Part shown: in pieces, positions 28,078 through 36,306 of the stretch
Layout of the letters: each line of letters starts with the position of its first letter
Position numbering within the stretch: position 1 is the stretch's first letter
Source: a virus
Lineage: Duplodnaviria > Caudoviricetes
Virus record (IMG/VR): IMGVR_UViG_3300020294_000007
Span: 1-53,808 of that record
Direction: 5' to 3' (one strand)
Length of the DNA: 53,808 nucleotides
Translations under genes and position numbers: made by a program
The notes under the pieces: model-generated
What the model saw: the letters and a program-made list of their open reading frames with translations, nothing else
Databases searched by the model: none
What the model was told of the DNA's origin: nothing

Positions 28078-28487
28078 TTGAACTCTTTGCGCTTGCCACC
28101 ATCGTACCAATGTGCGTGGCCTTCCTCGACCAACTGCTCGTTGATATTAATCTCACCGTTGAACAATGTACCTATCCAACGTCCGAACTTACCCTTACCG
28201 GACAGGCATACAGTAAGCGGTGCCAATACTAGTTCTGACAACCTAGCTTTAGCCGCCAGCCCTTTGACCTTCTCCTCTGCGTTAGAAGTTCTACTTTCCC
28301 ATGCGTTGATGCCCTCCATGCGTATTCTCATGTTAGACAGCAAATCGAGATCAAGTGGCTTGACTCGTATCTGAACGTCCACGGTGTCACCGTCCACTAC
28401 CTTTAACACCTCCGTTACCGGGAAGCATTCAGCATTAACTTGTAAACTAGTACCCAACAGTAATGCGCCTAATAATTTTTTATTCAT
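28074..28487 (-). CDS. SNase-like (thermonuclease) nuclease with predicted signal peptide
   Basis: KVVDGDTV, RIRMEGINAWE, GKFGRWIG, INEQLVEEGHA; N-terminus MNKKLLGALLLGTSLQVNA. Confidence 0.85.
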   Translation of the reverse strand: MNKKLLGALLLGTSLQVNAECFPVTEVLKVVDGDTVDVQIRVKPLDLDLLSNMRIRMEGINAWESRTSNAEEKVKGLAAKARLSELVLAPLTVCLSGKGKFGRWIGTLFNGEININEQLVEEGHAHWYDGGKRKEFK

Positions 28488-28719
28488 ATAAACCCTCTTC
28501 GTTATTGATATTGTCGTACAATGTCTGTCGATAAACTCTTTGACAGCGACTAATAAAGTCAGTGTCTTCCCAGTTAGTGTTCCCTCTCACCCAACAGTCT
28601 CTTGCAACATGCATTTCTTCTACCAACCCTTCATCGTTAGCTGATATGTAAGCTTCTTTTTCATCTCGAAATGCAAACCTCCCAAGATGGTAGGCTCTTT
28701 GCCACAGTTGTTTATTCAC
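28480..28719 (-). CDS. Hypothetical protein
   Basis: Overlapping ORF in the operon, GGAGG upstream. Confidence 0.65.
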   Translation of the reverse strand: MNKQLWQRAYHLGRFAFRDEKEAYISANDEGLVEEMHVARDCWVRGNTNWEDTDFISRCQRVYRQTLYDNINNEEGLYE

Positions 28720-28897
28720 TTACAACCCTCCTCCAATATGTATTAAACAGCTTTTGATCTGCATGGCCTTGTGCATATTCTCTAAATCTAGTCTCTCGAC
28801 CTAGCTTTGAACGACACTCACCGCAGTAATTTTTATTCTGTCCTGTAAACTTTTCGGGGTCTTGCTCCCCACATAATTCGCAATAATGTTTCTTCAT
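28712..28897 (-). CDS. Small Zn-ribbon-like protein
   Basis: CELC and CGEC; GGGAG RBS. Confidence 0.65.
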   Translation of the reverse strand: MKKHYCELCGEQDPEKFTGQNKNYCGECRSKLGRETRFREYAQGHADQKLFNTYWRRVVSE

Positions 28898-28973
28898 CTG
28901 TCTCCCTAAGAGCTAAGTGCTACTAAACTGTAACCACACTTCAAAGTGTGACCACTGGTATCAACTTGCGGCA

Positions 28974-29293
28974 GGGGCAGGGCAACAAGCATGGCATGTT
29001 CCGAGCATCTGATGGAGCCGCCCTATTACTAAAGCGGCATACCCCCATTCAAAACCTCACTAGGGAAAATCCCTAGTTTCAATGTGGTGGTTGGTAATAT
29101 TAAGCCTCCATGAATAGGGAAAACTTGCAAAAACCCTTCGCCCGCGACTTGGCATACTACCTTTGGCTTCGAGGCCACCACTCCCCGAAAAGGATCAGCG
29201 GGCGAGATGTGGTGAATGTGTTGATGCGCTTAATACTTCAGGGGGGACGCATCAACACTCGCAGACTTCACCAAGCCTGTTCAACATGCCCCC
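28974..29293 (-). ncRNA. Candidate ~320-nt structured non-coding RNA
   Basis: Intergenic; 5' and 3' ends pair; several 8-11 bp internal stems, a GUAA-capped hairpin, and G-U pairs that form on the - strand. Confidence 0.55.
29060..29076. repeat. Dyad copy 1 CTAGGGA-AAA-TCCCTAG
   Basis: Read directly from sequence. Confidence 0.95.
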
Positions 29294-29521
29294 CTAGGGA
29301 CTAACAATATAAAATAAATTGTTTGTTAATTTATAACCTAGTCCTTCTATCTTTTCACCCTCGTTGAGAGATAAGACAGAAATACTTTCTCGTATGTTCT
29401 TAGGTAGGGAATCGAATGATGGGTATTCTTTGGTAACCGTTGGATTACAATCTAGATTGTCAACAGTTATGCAATCCTTTTTCGGATCAGCGTATACACG
29501 ATAATAGGTAGACAAACCCAT
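29294..29521 (-). CDS. Hypothetical protein
   Basis: AGGAG RBS; resembles the C-terminal part of the 29582..30640 product. Confidence 0.7.
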   Translation of the reverse strand: MGLSTYYRVYADPKKDCITVDNLDCNPTVTKEYPSFDSLPKNIRESISVLSLNEGEKIEGLGYKLTNNLFYIVSP

Positions 29522-29581
29522 AGTAATATTCGTAACTCCTACGTAACGAAGTTAAACCCTATCACTATGGGTTGTGCTTGT

Positions 29582-30640
29582 CTAGTTATATAGGTAAAAA
29601 AGATGTGGATTTAATTTAAAGCCTGTACCGACTTGCCCTGCCTTTAGTTCTTGGTCAGACACCATTTGTAGTATCGACATTTTCTGCGCCAGTTCAGTAG
29701 GGAAGTTTTCTTCTCCGTACACAAGGTGTTTGTCTATCTCTGCGTAAGAGTAATCCTTTGACTGCGATACATCAGCAACGTGTAATCTAGTTTCGTTTTC
29801 GATGTATACAACAGTAAACTTATTGCCCGAAGCTATGCCTTTACGATCAGCTTCATAATCTGTCAACGCCTTGAAGTCCTTGTACCAAGCCTCGGTGACA
29901 GGCATATAGTATTTGCCGTCTATCTTCTCGATAGAACGCATACCATGCTCAAAGTCTATGTGCTTCTGGATATCACGTTTTAGTCTACCTACTTGATCGT
30001 TATGCTCGTATTTAAACGAGTCTGCTTCTGATGATGCACTTCGGAAAGTATGGGCCACTACTTTTTCAAACGTATTTGGTACAACCCTTCTGCGTAGAGT
30101 ATGAAGTATCTTACTCTCATCCATAGTCTTGAAAACATGTACGTTATGAGGGGCACGTTCCTTCTGTATGTTCGGAGTGTATAAGCCAAGGTATTGTTTA
30201 TCGGAATCTAAATGTCTTGCTATCTCTAAACGTGCAGATGCGTAGGGGCCACTAAAGTGTATAAGCATAGCCGACATATTTTTACTCATACTCACTGTTG
30301 CATCCGAGAACACAGGGTCTCTCAACACCTCAAAAACTAGTGCAGGTAATGGTACGTAAGAGGTCCAAGCATCAGATGTGGTTCTGGCTCCCTGTGCCTC
30401 TAGCCTCCAAGGATTAATATCCTCATTACGCCCGAGACGAGTTATACCATCACTACCTAAGGTCCAATCCCAGAATCGTTGAATCATAGCAGTCCAATTC
30501 GGTGCAGTCCTCGCATCTTCTGGAGTCATCGTAAAGCACTCATCATCTTTGGGTGAATACAAATCCCACATCCTATTGTTGTACTCGCAATATACTTTTT
30601 GCATTTTAGTCATCCTTACTAGTTTTAAATTTAGTGACAA
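29582..30640 (-). CDS. Hypothetical early protein
   Basis: 352-aa ORF; true start may be ATG 30613. Confidence 0.7.
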   Translation of the reverse strand: MSLNLKLVRMTKMQKVYCEYNNRMWDLYSPKDDECFTMTPEDARTAPNWTAMIQRFWDWTLGSDGITRLGRNEDINPWRLEAQGARTTSDAWTSYVPLPALVFEVLRDPVFSDATVSMSKNMSAMLIHFSGPYASARLEIARHLDSDKQYLGLYTPNIQKERAPHNVHVFKTMDESKILHTLRRRVVPNTFEKVVAHTFRSASSEADSFKYEHNDQVGRLKRDIQKHIDFEHGMRSIEKIDGKYYMPVTEAWYKDFKALTDYEADRKGIASGNKFTVVYIENETRLHVADVSQSKDYSYAEIDKHLVYGEENFPTELAQKMSILQMVSDQELKAGQVGTGFKLNPHLFYLYN

Positions 30641-30824
30641 TATTAAAAATTACAGTTGGCAACACTTCACATTCTGTTTCCCAATCCTTGTTATTAGTAG
30701 TGAACCAATCGCCATTATGATCTTTAACGTACATTAGTAGCCTCCCTCCCTTAGGGTCTTGAGCTTTAAAACCCTCGCCACCAAAGACATCTCCATAAGA
30801 AATAACGTCAATAGTTTTATTCAT
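30606..30824 (-). CDS. Hypothetical protein
   Basis: AGGAGG RBS. Confidence 0.7.
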   Translation of the reverse strand: MNKTIDVISYGDVFGGEGFKAQDPKGGRLLMYVKDHNGDWFTTNNKDWETECEVLPTVIFNIVTKFKTSKDD

Positions 30825-30876
30825 GCTACTTTTTCCTCCTTTATTGTGGGTTTAAGACGTACCTAAAACCCGTTAG

Positions 30877-30907
30877 TTCAAATACTAGTTAGGGAAATTC
30901 CCTAGTG
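30877..30907. repeat. Dyad copy 2 with extended arm TTCAAATACTAGTTAGGGAAATTCCCTAGTG
   Basis: Abuts the stop of 30908..32020. Confidence 0.95.
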
Positions 30908-32020
30908 TCATTTTGGTTTACCGACAACTTCCTCGACCAAGTAGTTGAGTCCAAGCCACTCGTTCATAAAACGATTGAACTGAGACCGTATCTTCTGCGC
31001 TTGCTTCTTGTCAGCATCGTAAGCCATGTTCTTCACTCTGCGTAACAAAGAGTTGCGCTCCATGAAAAAGTACAAGAGAGCCAGCCTATGTTCATTACTA
31101 GTATTAGTAACAACATCGGTAGCTTTTTCTTGATTGTATATGTGCAATGCCGAATCGAAGTGTCCATAAGCATCTCGCTCGCCTTTGATATACTCTTCGA
31201 GATCTGCCACGTACTCTCGACATACTTTCCAATCATCAGACACAAAGGGTGCGTAGGTCACTAGATACTGCCAGTAGTTTTCAATCGCATCTTTGTACTC
31301 TTTCTTCCTTTCAATGTTTGTGCGCTTGCGTGTCGCATACTCTGTTCCGCCCCCACTCACGTACTTGAGCGCATCGTACTCTTTCTGTGTCGGGCTACTA
31401 CCACTAGTTCTGGTACGCTCGAACACAAGCGTCATCGAATCTCTTGAACCCTTTGAGTGCTCTTTGGGTCTCGGTATATAGATAGACTCAAAGGGTTTCT
31501 TGTGAACAACATTGGGATAATCATCAGTTGCCACGCCCACATCTACGTACAGTTTGCCCTGTCGAGACTCGCTCACACGTAACGGATCAGGTACGCAAAA
31601 ACGTAGCGTAGCGGTTCGCCAGTTAACGTAATGCTCGACAGAGTGATAGCGAATACCTACCGATTCTACGTTACGCTCGGGATCATACCGCCAAACGATA
31701 GGAGCAAGGAACACCATGTCATCTATCATCTCTTTGGTAAAATCTAGTTCTGAAGTCCTATTCTCTGCTTCAGTGTGGAAGTACCCATGCGGATCGCCAA
31801 GCCCCCCATCAAGGAGCACGTAGGTGTTCTCGTCTACCTTGCGTACCTTGTGTACCTTGTTGCTACGGTTAAAGATAGGACGTATGTTTCTCGACTTACC
31901 AAGCCCACCTCTTTCATGGATTGGTTTGATCTGTTCATACATCTCTTGCATACCCGTGAATGAATTGAATTTTTGGCTTAGAGCATTGCTCGAAGTCCAT
32001 TGAAGTTCATGTGTTGCCAT
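30908..32020 (-). CDS. Hypothetical early protein
   Basis: 370-aa ORF, AAGGAG RBS. Confidence 0.75.
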   Translation of the reverse strand: MATHELQWTSSNALSQKFNSFTGMQEMYEQIKPIHERGGLGKSRNIRPIFNRSNKVHKVRKVDENTYVLLDGGLGDPHGYFHTEAENRTSELDFTKEMIDDMVFLAPIVWRYDPERNVESVGIRYHSVEHYVNWRTATLRFCVPDPLRVSESRQGKLYVDVGVATDDYPNVVHKKPFESIYIPRPKEHSKGSRDSMTLVFERTRTSGSSPTQKEYDALKYVSGGGTEYATRKRTNIERKKEYKDAIENYWQYLVTYAPFVSDDWKVCREYVADLEEYIKGERDAYGHFDSALHIYNQEKATDVVTNTSNEHRLALLYFFMERNSLLRRVKNMAYDADKKQAQKIRSQFNRFMNEWLGLNYLVEEVVGKPK

Positions 32021-32021
32021 A

Positions 32022-32186
32022 CTAGTTCTCCTTACAATCTAGTTTTAAGTTTTTGTAGTTAGGGTAGATGCCCTCGCATACGTCACGCTTGTACGCTTGT
32101 TCAGCTACCAATTCGTCTTGGTAGTCCATGTTGTTGACAATAAGAAATGCCACCAGAACCCCCAAAAATATAATCAACTTGTCCAC
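32022..32186 (-). CDS. 54-aa membrane-anchored protein (MDKLIIFLGVLVAFLIV...)
   Basis: Not in the track; GGAGG RBS, GTG start, N-terminal TM segment, two Cys. Confidence 0.65.
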   Translation of the reverse strand: MDKLIIFLGVLVAFLIVNNMDYQDELVAEQAYKRDVCEGIYPNYKNLKLDCKEN

Positions 32187-32212
32187 CCTACATCCTCCGT
32201 TGTTTAGTGTGT

Positions 32213-32241
32213 TTCAAATACTAGTTAGGGAATTTCCCTAG
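32213..32241. repeat. Dyad copy 3 with extended arm
   Basis: TTCAAATACTAGTTAGGGAATTTCCCTAG; contains the TAG stop of 32238..33458. Confidence 0.95.
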
Positions 32242-33458
32242 TCGTCAATGTAAACCGACTTACCGATTGTGGGTCTGGCACTCGGGTTACCTGCGATACA
32301 CCACAACACAGGGCAGTCCCAGTTCCCCCAGCCACCGTACAGTTCACCGTCCGTCAGGACCGCACAAGCTGTAGGTCTGATACCGTTCGCTTGTAGGTAA
32401 GTGGGCACACAACGTACATCAGTACCACCCGCACCTTTGGGCTTGATCTGTTGCATTACCAGATCTACATTGTCTAGCTCGTCCTGCAAGAATGTCTGAT
32501 GTCCTGCGACCTCGGTGTCCCACCACACAATGTGTAGTTTTGTCGGGCGTAGTGTCATCAGTATCTTCTTGAACTCACTGAGCCATTGACCTAGTAAGTG
32601 ATAGCACGACCCAGACATGTCAGGAGCCAAGACTAGTTCGTCTAACCTCTCGCTCAGACTGGTCGGCATGTACACACCTTGACCCAAGTGTCTGCGATTG
32701 GGCTTGGCCCAAGTACAGAAGTCTTTACCCGCCATCACTTGTCGCGTCCAGTCCTGCGCTACCTTCTCCCACGGAACCTTGGGTGTAACTAGTTCCTGTA
32801 GTGATCGGTTAGTCTGAAGGCCCAGTTTTCCTGCGGTCATCATACCCTGCCGTACCGCACTCTCTAGCTCGCGTGCGATCTCTTCCTGCTCCACAGAATC
32901 TAGTTCTTGAGCGCCTTCGTGGTCGTGGTCATCGAAACCCTCTCCGAAACCCTCGCCTTCTTCTTGTCGCTTGCGTATGTCCCAGAAGATCTTGGGTATG
33001 TCCCAGCCCTTGTACTGCGGATCTGCGTAGCCGCCTTCGGGCATGACTGCAAACCCATCGGGCCACCGCATACGTGCATTGGCTACGTTAGCCATGATCC
33101 ACTCGTTCTCTGCGATAAGCTGTAGATTGATCCAATGGTCACTAGCAATACCTGCCGCCTTTGCATCCATTTTGAATAGATAATCTAGTAGGAATAAGTG
33201 CTTACCTAGCTTGTGATAGTTCTCATGCAGTATCAGGAATCGATACTCTGCGTCACTCATTGCTGAGATAAACTCCTCACCGTAGACAACATCTCTACCA
33301 TTGGTACACGCGGTAAAGGGCAATGGCTCGGGGACCACAGAACTAGTCCCCAACATCAGCACACCTGCTAGTGGTACATAGATATCTACACTAGTGATAT
33401 CACTCACGCATTTCTGTAGGCGTTGGCCTACTGTTAGTTGTTGATTAAGACTCAGCAT
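32238..33458 (-). CDS. Metallopeptidase-VWA protein (DUF2201-like)
   Basis: TACTNG, LHENYH (HExxH), MIDAS DMSGS...GGTD...LTDG. Confidence 0.85.
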   Translation of the reverse strand: MLSLNQQLTVGQRLQKCVSDITSVDIYVPLAGVLMLGTSSVVPEPLPFTACTNGRDVVYGEEFISAMSDAEYRFLILHENYHKLGKHLFLLDYLFKMDAKAAGIASDHWINLQLIAENEWIMANVANARMRWPDGFAVMPEGGYADPQYKGWDIPKIFWDIRKRQEEGEGFGEGFDDHDHEGAQELDSVEQEEIARELESAVRQGMMTAGKLGLQTNRSLQELVTPKVPWEKVAQDWTRQVMAGKDFCTWAKPNRRHLGQGVYMPTSLSERLDELVLAPDMSGSCYHLLGQWLSEFKKILMTLRPTKLHIVWWDTEVAGHQTFLQDELDNVDLVMQQIKPKGAGGTDVRCVPTYLQANGIRPTACAVLTDGELYGGWGNWDCPVLWCIAGNPSARPTIGKSVYIDD

Positions 33459-33587
33459 CTAGTTAACCTCCTCTGGATCTTCATCTACCGAAAAATGAAT
33501 TTTTATGGTTTCTACCTCGTCTTCAAGTCCGATCCAATCGTCACTTGGACAAGTGTTCATCCACTCCCAAAATTCTGATCTTGTCAT
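33459..33587 (-). CDS. 42-aa acidic protein (MTRSEFWEWMNTCP...)
   Basis: Not in the track; GAGG RBS, fills the gap between the AAA and VWA genes. Confidence 0.6.
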   Translation of the reverse strand: MTRSEFWEWMNTCPSDDWIGLEDEVETIKIHFSVDEDPEEVN

Positions 33588-33591
33588 CTAG

Positions 33592-34686
33592 TTAGCCTCG
33601 CTTGTCTGCTGTAAACATGTGTTTGTGTTGATCTGCGAACTCCATGAACTTGGCGTTGTTCATCACCACCGCTTGCTTCGGGTGCTTGGGTGAACGTATG
33701 CCGTTCAGGAAGTACGACTTAGCTTCTTCGGGTAGCCGCCATGAGTAGGCCACCCACGCATCGACCCAATCACGCTCGATGTTCTGCAACGTGCGATAGA
33801 CCGTCATCAGTGTGGCACTCGCGCCTGTCGGAATACGTGCTGTAGTGGGTGAGTCCTTGATGTCCTTGATAGACGGAAGGTCACTCATCAACTTGCTGTA
33901 GTTGAATAGCTCCGAGCCACCCATCGGGCCAAGCGTACCGACCAATGCCGCCTCCATAGACTGTGAATCTAGTTGGTCAGCTTTGTGCATCCAGTGGGAT
34001 GCGAACTCAAGAGAACGTGGTGTGACGAACGCATCTTGTTGTCGCTCTGGATGGTAGATGTACTGGTTGTCATCAGGTGATACGTCCTCGAAAGATTGGA
34101 ATAGCTGTGGGTTCTCCGCAACCCAAGAAGATACTGCGTAGTGAATCCCTGCGCCCTGCGCCCACTCTACCCACTCGATGTGCGTTGGTTTGCGTAGTCG
34201 TATTCGGGTCATCCTGTTGCGTTGATGCGGTAGCAATACATCACCTAGTCCCTCACCATCTAGGTTCGATGTGAGAAACACGATAGAGTCAGGGTGTAGC
34301 TCCTTGTCTCCGATCTTGTGTTCGTAAACTAGTCTTAGCAATGCGTTCTTGACTGACACGTTAGACTTCTTGTACTCGTCAACCATGATAACCAACGGCT
34401 TCTCCAAGTGAATGCCAAGCTCTGCGTTAGTCGCACAAGTGAAGTAGTCTTGTCCGTCTACCTCCTTGAACTTGGGTATCCAGATGTCGCCAACGTCCTT
34501 GGTCGTGCAATCGAAGTAGCACATAACGTGCGTATCCTTCAGTGTCTCACCTAGTGTGTCTAACAGAGCCGACTTGCCTGTGCCCATGTCGCCCTCTACC
34601 ATCACACTACCTTGTCTACCAAAGGCCAATATCATCTTAGCCGCTTGGTCGTGACTTACTGCATAAGTTCTTTGTTGTACCTGCAT
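33592..34686 (-). CDS. MoxR-like AAA+ ATPase
   Basis: Walker A GDMGTGKS, Walker B IMVDE, TSN, NR, TPRS motifs; next to the VWA gene. Confidence 0.85.
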   Translation of the reverse strand: MQVQQRTYAVSHDQAAKMILAFGRQGSVMVEGDMGTGKSALLDTLGETLKDTHVMCYFDCTTKDVGDIWIPKFKEVDGQDYFTCATNAELGIHLEKPLVIMVDEYKKSNVSVKNALLRLVYEHKIGDKELHPDSIVFLTSNLDGEGLGDVLLPHQRNRMTRIRLRKPTHIEWVEWAQGAGIHYAVSSWVAENPQLFQSFEDVSPDDNQYIYHPERQQDAFVTPRSLEFASHWMHKADQLDSQSMEAALVGTLGPMGGSELFNYSKLMSDLPSIKDIKDSPTTARIPTGASATLMTVYRTLQNIERDWVDAWVAYSWRLPEEAKSYFLNGIRSPKHPKQAVVMNNAKFMEFADQHKHMFTADKRG

Positions 34687-34703
34687 TTCTGTTCTCCTAA
34701 ATA

Positions 34704-34734
34704 TTCAAATACTAGTTAGGGAAATTCCCTAGTG
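34704..34734. repeat. Dyad copy 4 with extended arm
   Basis: 31 bp identical to copy 2; abuts the stop of 34735..35754. Confidence 0.95.
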
Positions 34735-35754
34735 TTATTGTGGAAGTACATTAAGTACTTTGTTTATAGCGTCAATTAGTTCGGAACGTAACCGACTGCT
34801 ATCTCGTAGCGCATCTACTGTCATGCGCTGTAATCTCTCTTCTAGTGCCGATCTGCATAGCTCTAAGTTCGGGTCATCACCGAAACTGAAGTGCTTGAGC
34901 ATCTGCACTACTTCTAGGGTCCTGTCGATCAAGGTATTGTGAAACCCTGTAGGTGTTTGTTTGTCCCCGTAATCTAGCTTGGACTTTGTTTCTGTAAGTC
35001 TAGTTCTCACATCAGAGTAAACACGTACCATCATGTCTCGGTTCTGATCGTGGTAGTAGTCCTTGTAGCTCTGCTTGAGATACTCTTTCATCTCTTCCCC
35101 GACTTGTAGCCGAAAGTCGCTGTCGTCCTCTGGCTTGGGTAGCGGTATGAACGCAAGCTTGAAACTGAACTTCTCTCGTAGCGATCCAAGACTAGGATAG
35201 TCATCTCGATTGAACAGTCTGCCCAGACCGCTGGACGATGACTGCGCTTTCTCTTCTGCCATGTCTACTGCGGCAGAGTAGCCGTCCAGTAGGTTCTGCA
35301 CCTCGGTGTAATACTCTGCCTTGAACGCCTCCAGTGCTTGTCTAGCATCTAGTAGTGACGTTGCGGGTATGATGCGCGGTCCACGATCTAGCCAAGGTTT
35401 AGAGACTCTGTTGAGATAATCTCTCGCATCGGACTTGATCGATTTGATGCGCTTGAGGTGTGGATTGTCTGACAGTAGGTACTTGTCAACACCGATCTTC
35501 CTCGCATCTGCATCTACTTGGTGGGCGTAGTTCTGTGTGGCTCGTTTGTCTTTCTTCCTGCCCTCCCACATGCAGATGTTTACGTGGCATAGCCGTGCAT
35601 GAGTGTGCATAGATACATCAACTAGTTCTGGCTCTTGTTGGTTGGTAGGTCGTGTTGGTTCTGGAACTGCCGTTACCTCGGCTTGTGCCTGTGGTACACT
35701 AACTACTGGTGCGCTTACATCGTGTTTCTTTTGTAGGTCATCTAGTAAACCCAT
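34735..35754 (-). CDS. Hypothetical early protein (possibly DUF3150-like)
   Basis: WEGRKKD, PW.D.G.RI, LFNRDDYPS...KF motifs. Confidence 0.6.
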   Translation of the reverse strand: MGLLDDLQKKHDVSAPVVSVPQAQAEVTAVPEPTRPTNQQEPELVDVSMHTHARLCHVNICMWEGRKKDKRATQNYAHQVDADARKIGVDKYLLSDNPHLKRIKSIKSDARDYLNRVSKPWLDRGPRIIPATSLLDARQALEAFKAEYYTEVQNLLDGYSAAVDMAEEKAQSSSSGLGRLFNRDDYPSLGSLREKFSFKLAFIPLPKPEDDSDFRLQVGEEMKEYLKQSYKDYYHDQNRDMMVRVYSDVRTRLTETKSKLDYGDKQTPTGFHNTLIDRTLEVVQMLKHFSFGDDPNLELCRSALEERLQRMTVDALRDSSRLRSELIDAINKVLNVLPQ

Positions 35755-35767
35755 AGTCGTTCTCCAT

Positions 35768-35803
35768 GTTGTCGCTAGGGAAATTCCCTAACTAGTTTTT
35801 GAA
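35768..35803. repeat. Dyad copy 5, extended arm in inverted orientation
   Basis: GTTGTCG-CTAGGGAAATTCCCTAACTAGTTTTTGAA. Confidence 0.95.
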
Positions 35804-35842
35804 ACAGTATTGTTTTTCAAGCGAAACTCCACTCGAAATACT

Positions 35843-35871
35843 ATTATCTCATATGTTAGTATTGAAGTCAA
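35843..35871 (-). promoter_or_regulatory. Sigma70-like early promoter
   Basis: - strand TTGACT-N17-GATAAT with a TG extension. Confidence 0.6.
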
Positions 35872-35904
35872 ACCTTTAACTTGAGTGGGTAAACGTGCTT
35901 GAAC

Positions 35905-36282
35905 GTATAATGTTCTTAGTAAACGTCTATTGTTCTTACAATGTAGTGACCTAACTAATTGATAAAAAAGGAATGTTCTAATGTTCGGTTTTTGACGAAG
36001 AGAAGAGAGAGAAAATGTGAAACTAGATTTGAGTAGAAAATAGAACAATAGGAAGAGAGGTCTGAAGTAAGTATCCTCTCTTTTTTAAAAAGCGAACATT
36101 ATAAATTAAGATTATTAGTTTATATATATATAAGTACATTTAATAAAGTTTAATTAATAAGAATACTAACACTTGATAACGCTTGGGTAGGTTTACAATG
36201 TTCGTTTTTCATTTTCAAAAAGCGAACAATGCAGTATTTTAGCGAACATTAGGGGGATTTTGCGAACATTACACCGAACATT
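35905..36282. other. Putative replication origin (iterons plus AT-rich core)
   Basis: About 11 GAACA(T/A)T motifs in both orientations around a very AT-rich stretch at 36100-36170. Confidence 0.55.
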
Positions 36283-36283
36283 A

Positions 36284-36300
36284 CTAGGGAGATTCCCTAG
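36284..36300. repeat. Dyad copy 6 CTAGGGA-GAT-TCCCTAG
   Basis: Read directly from sequence. Confidence 0.95.
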
Positions 36301-36306
36301 TTGCGT

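Noticed and set aside
28974-29293. tmRNA, tRNA or group I intron identity for the structured element
   Set aside because: No T-arm/CCA end, no cloverleaf, no recognisable P7 core, and the flanking ORFs look complete.
29110-29304. 64-aa + strand ORF
   Set aside because: Antisense to the surrounding operon and coincides with the base-paired element; likely spurious, although a weak coding role cannot be excluded.
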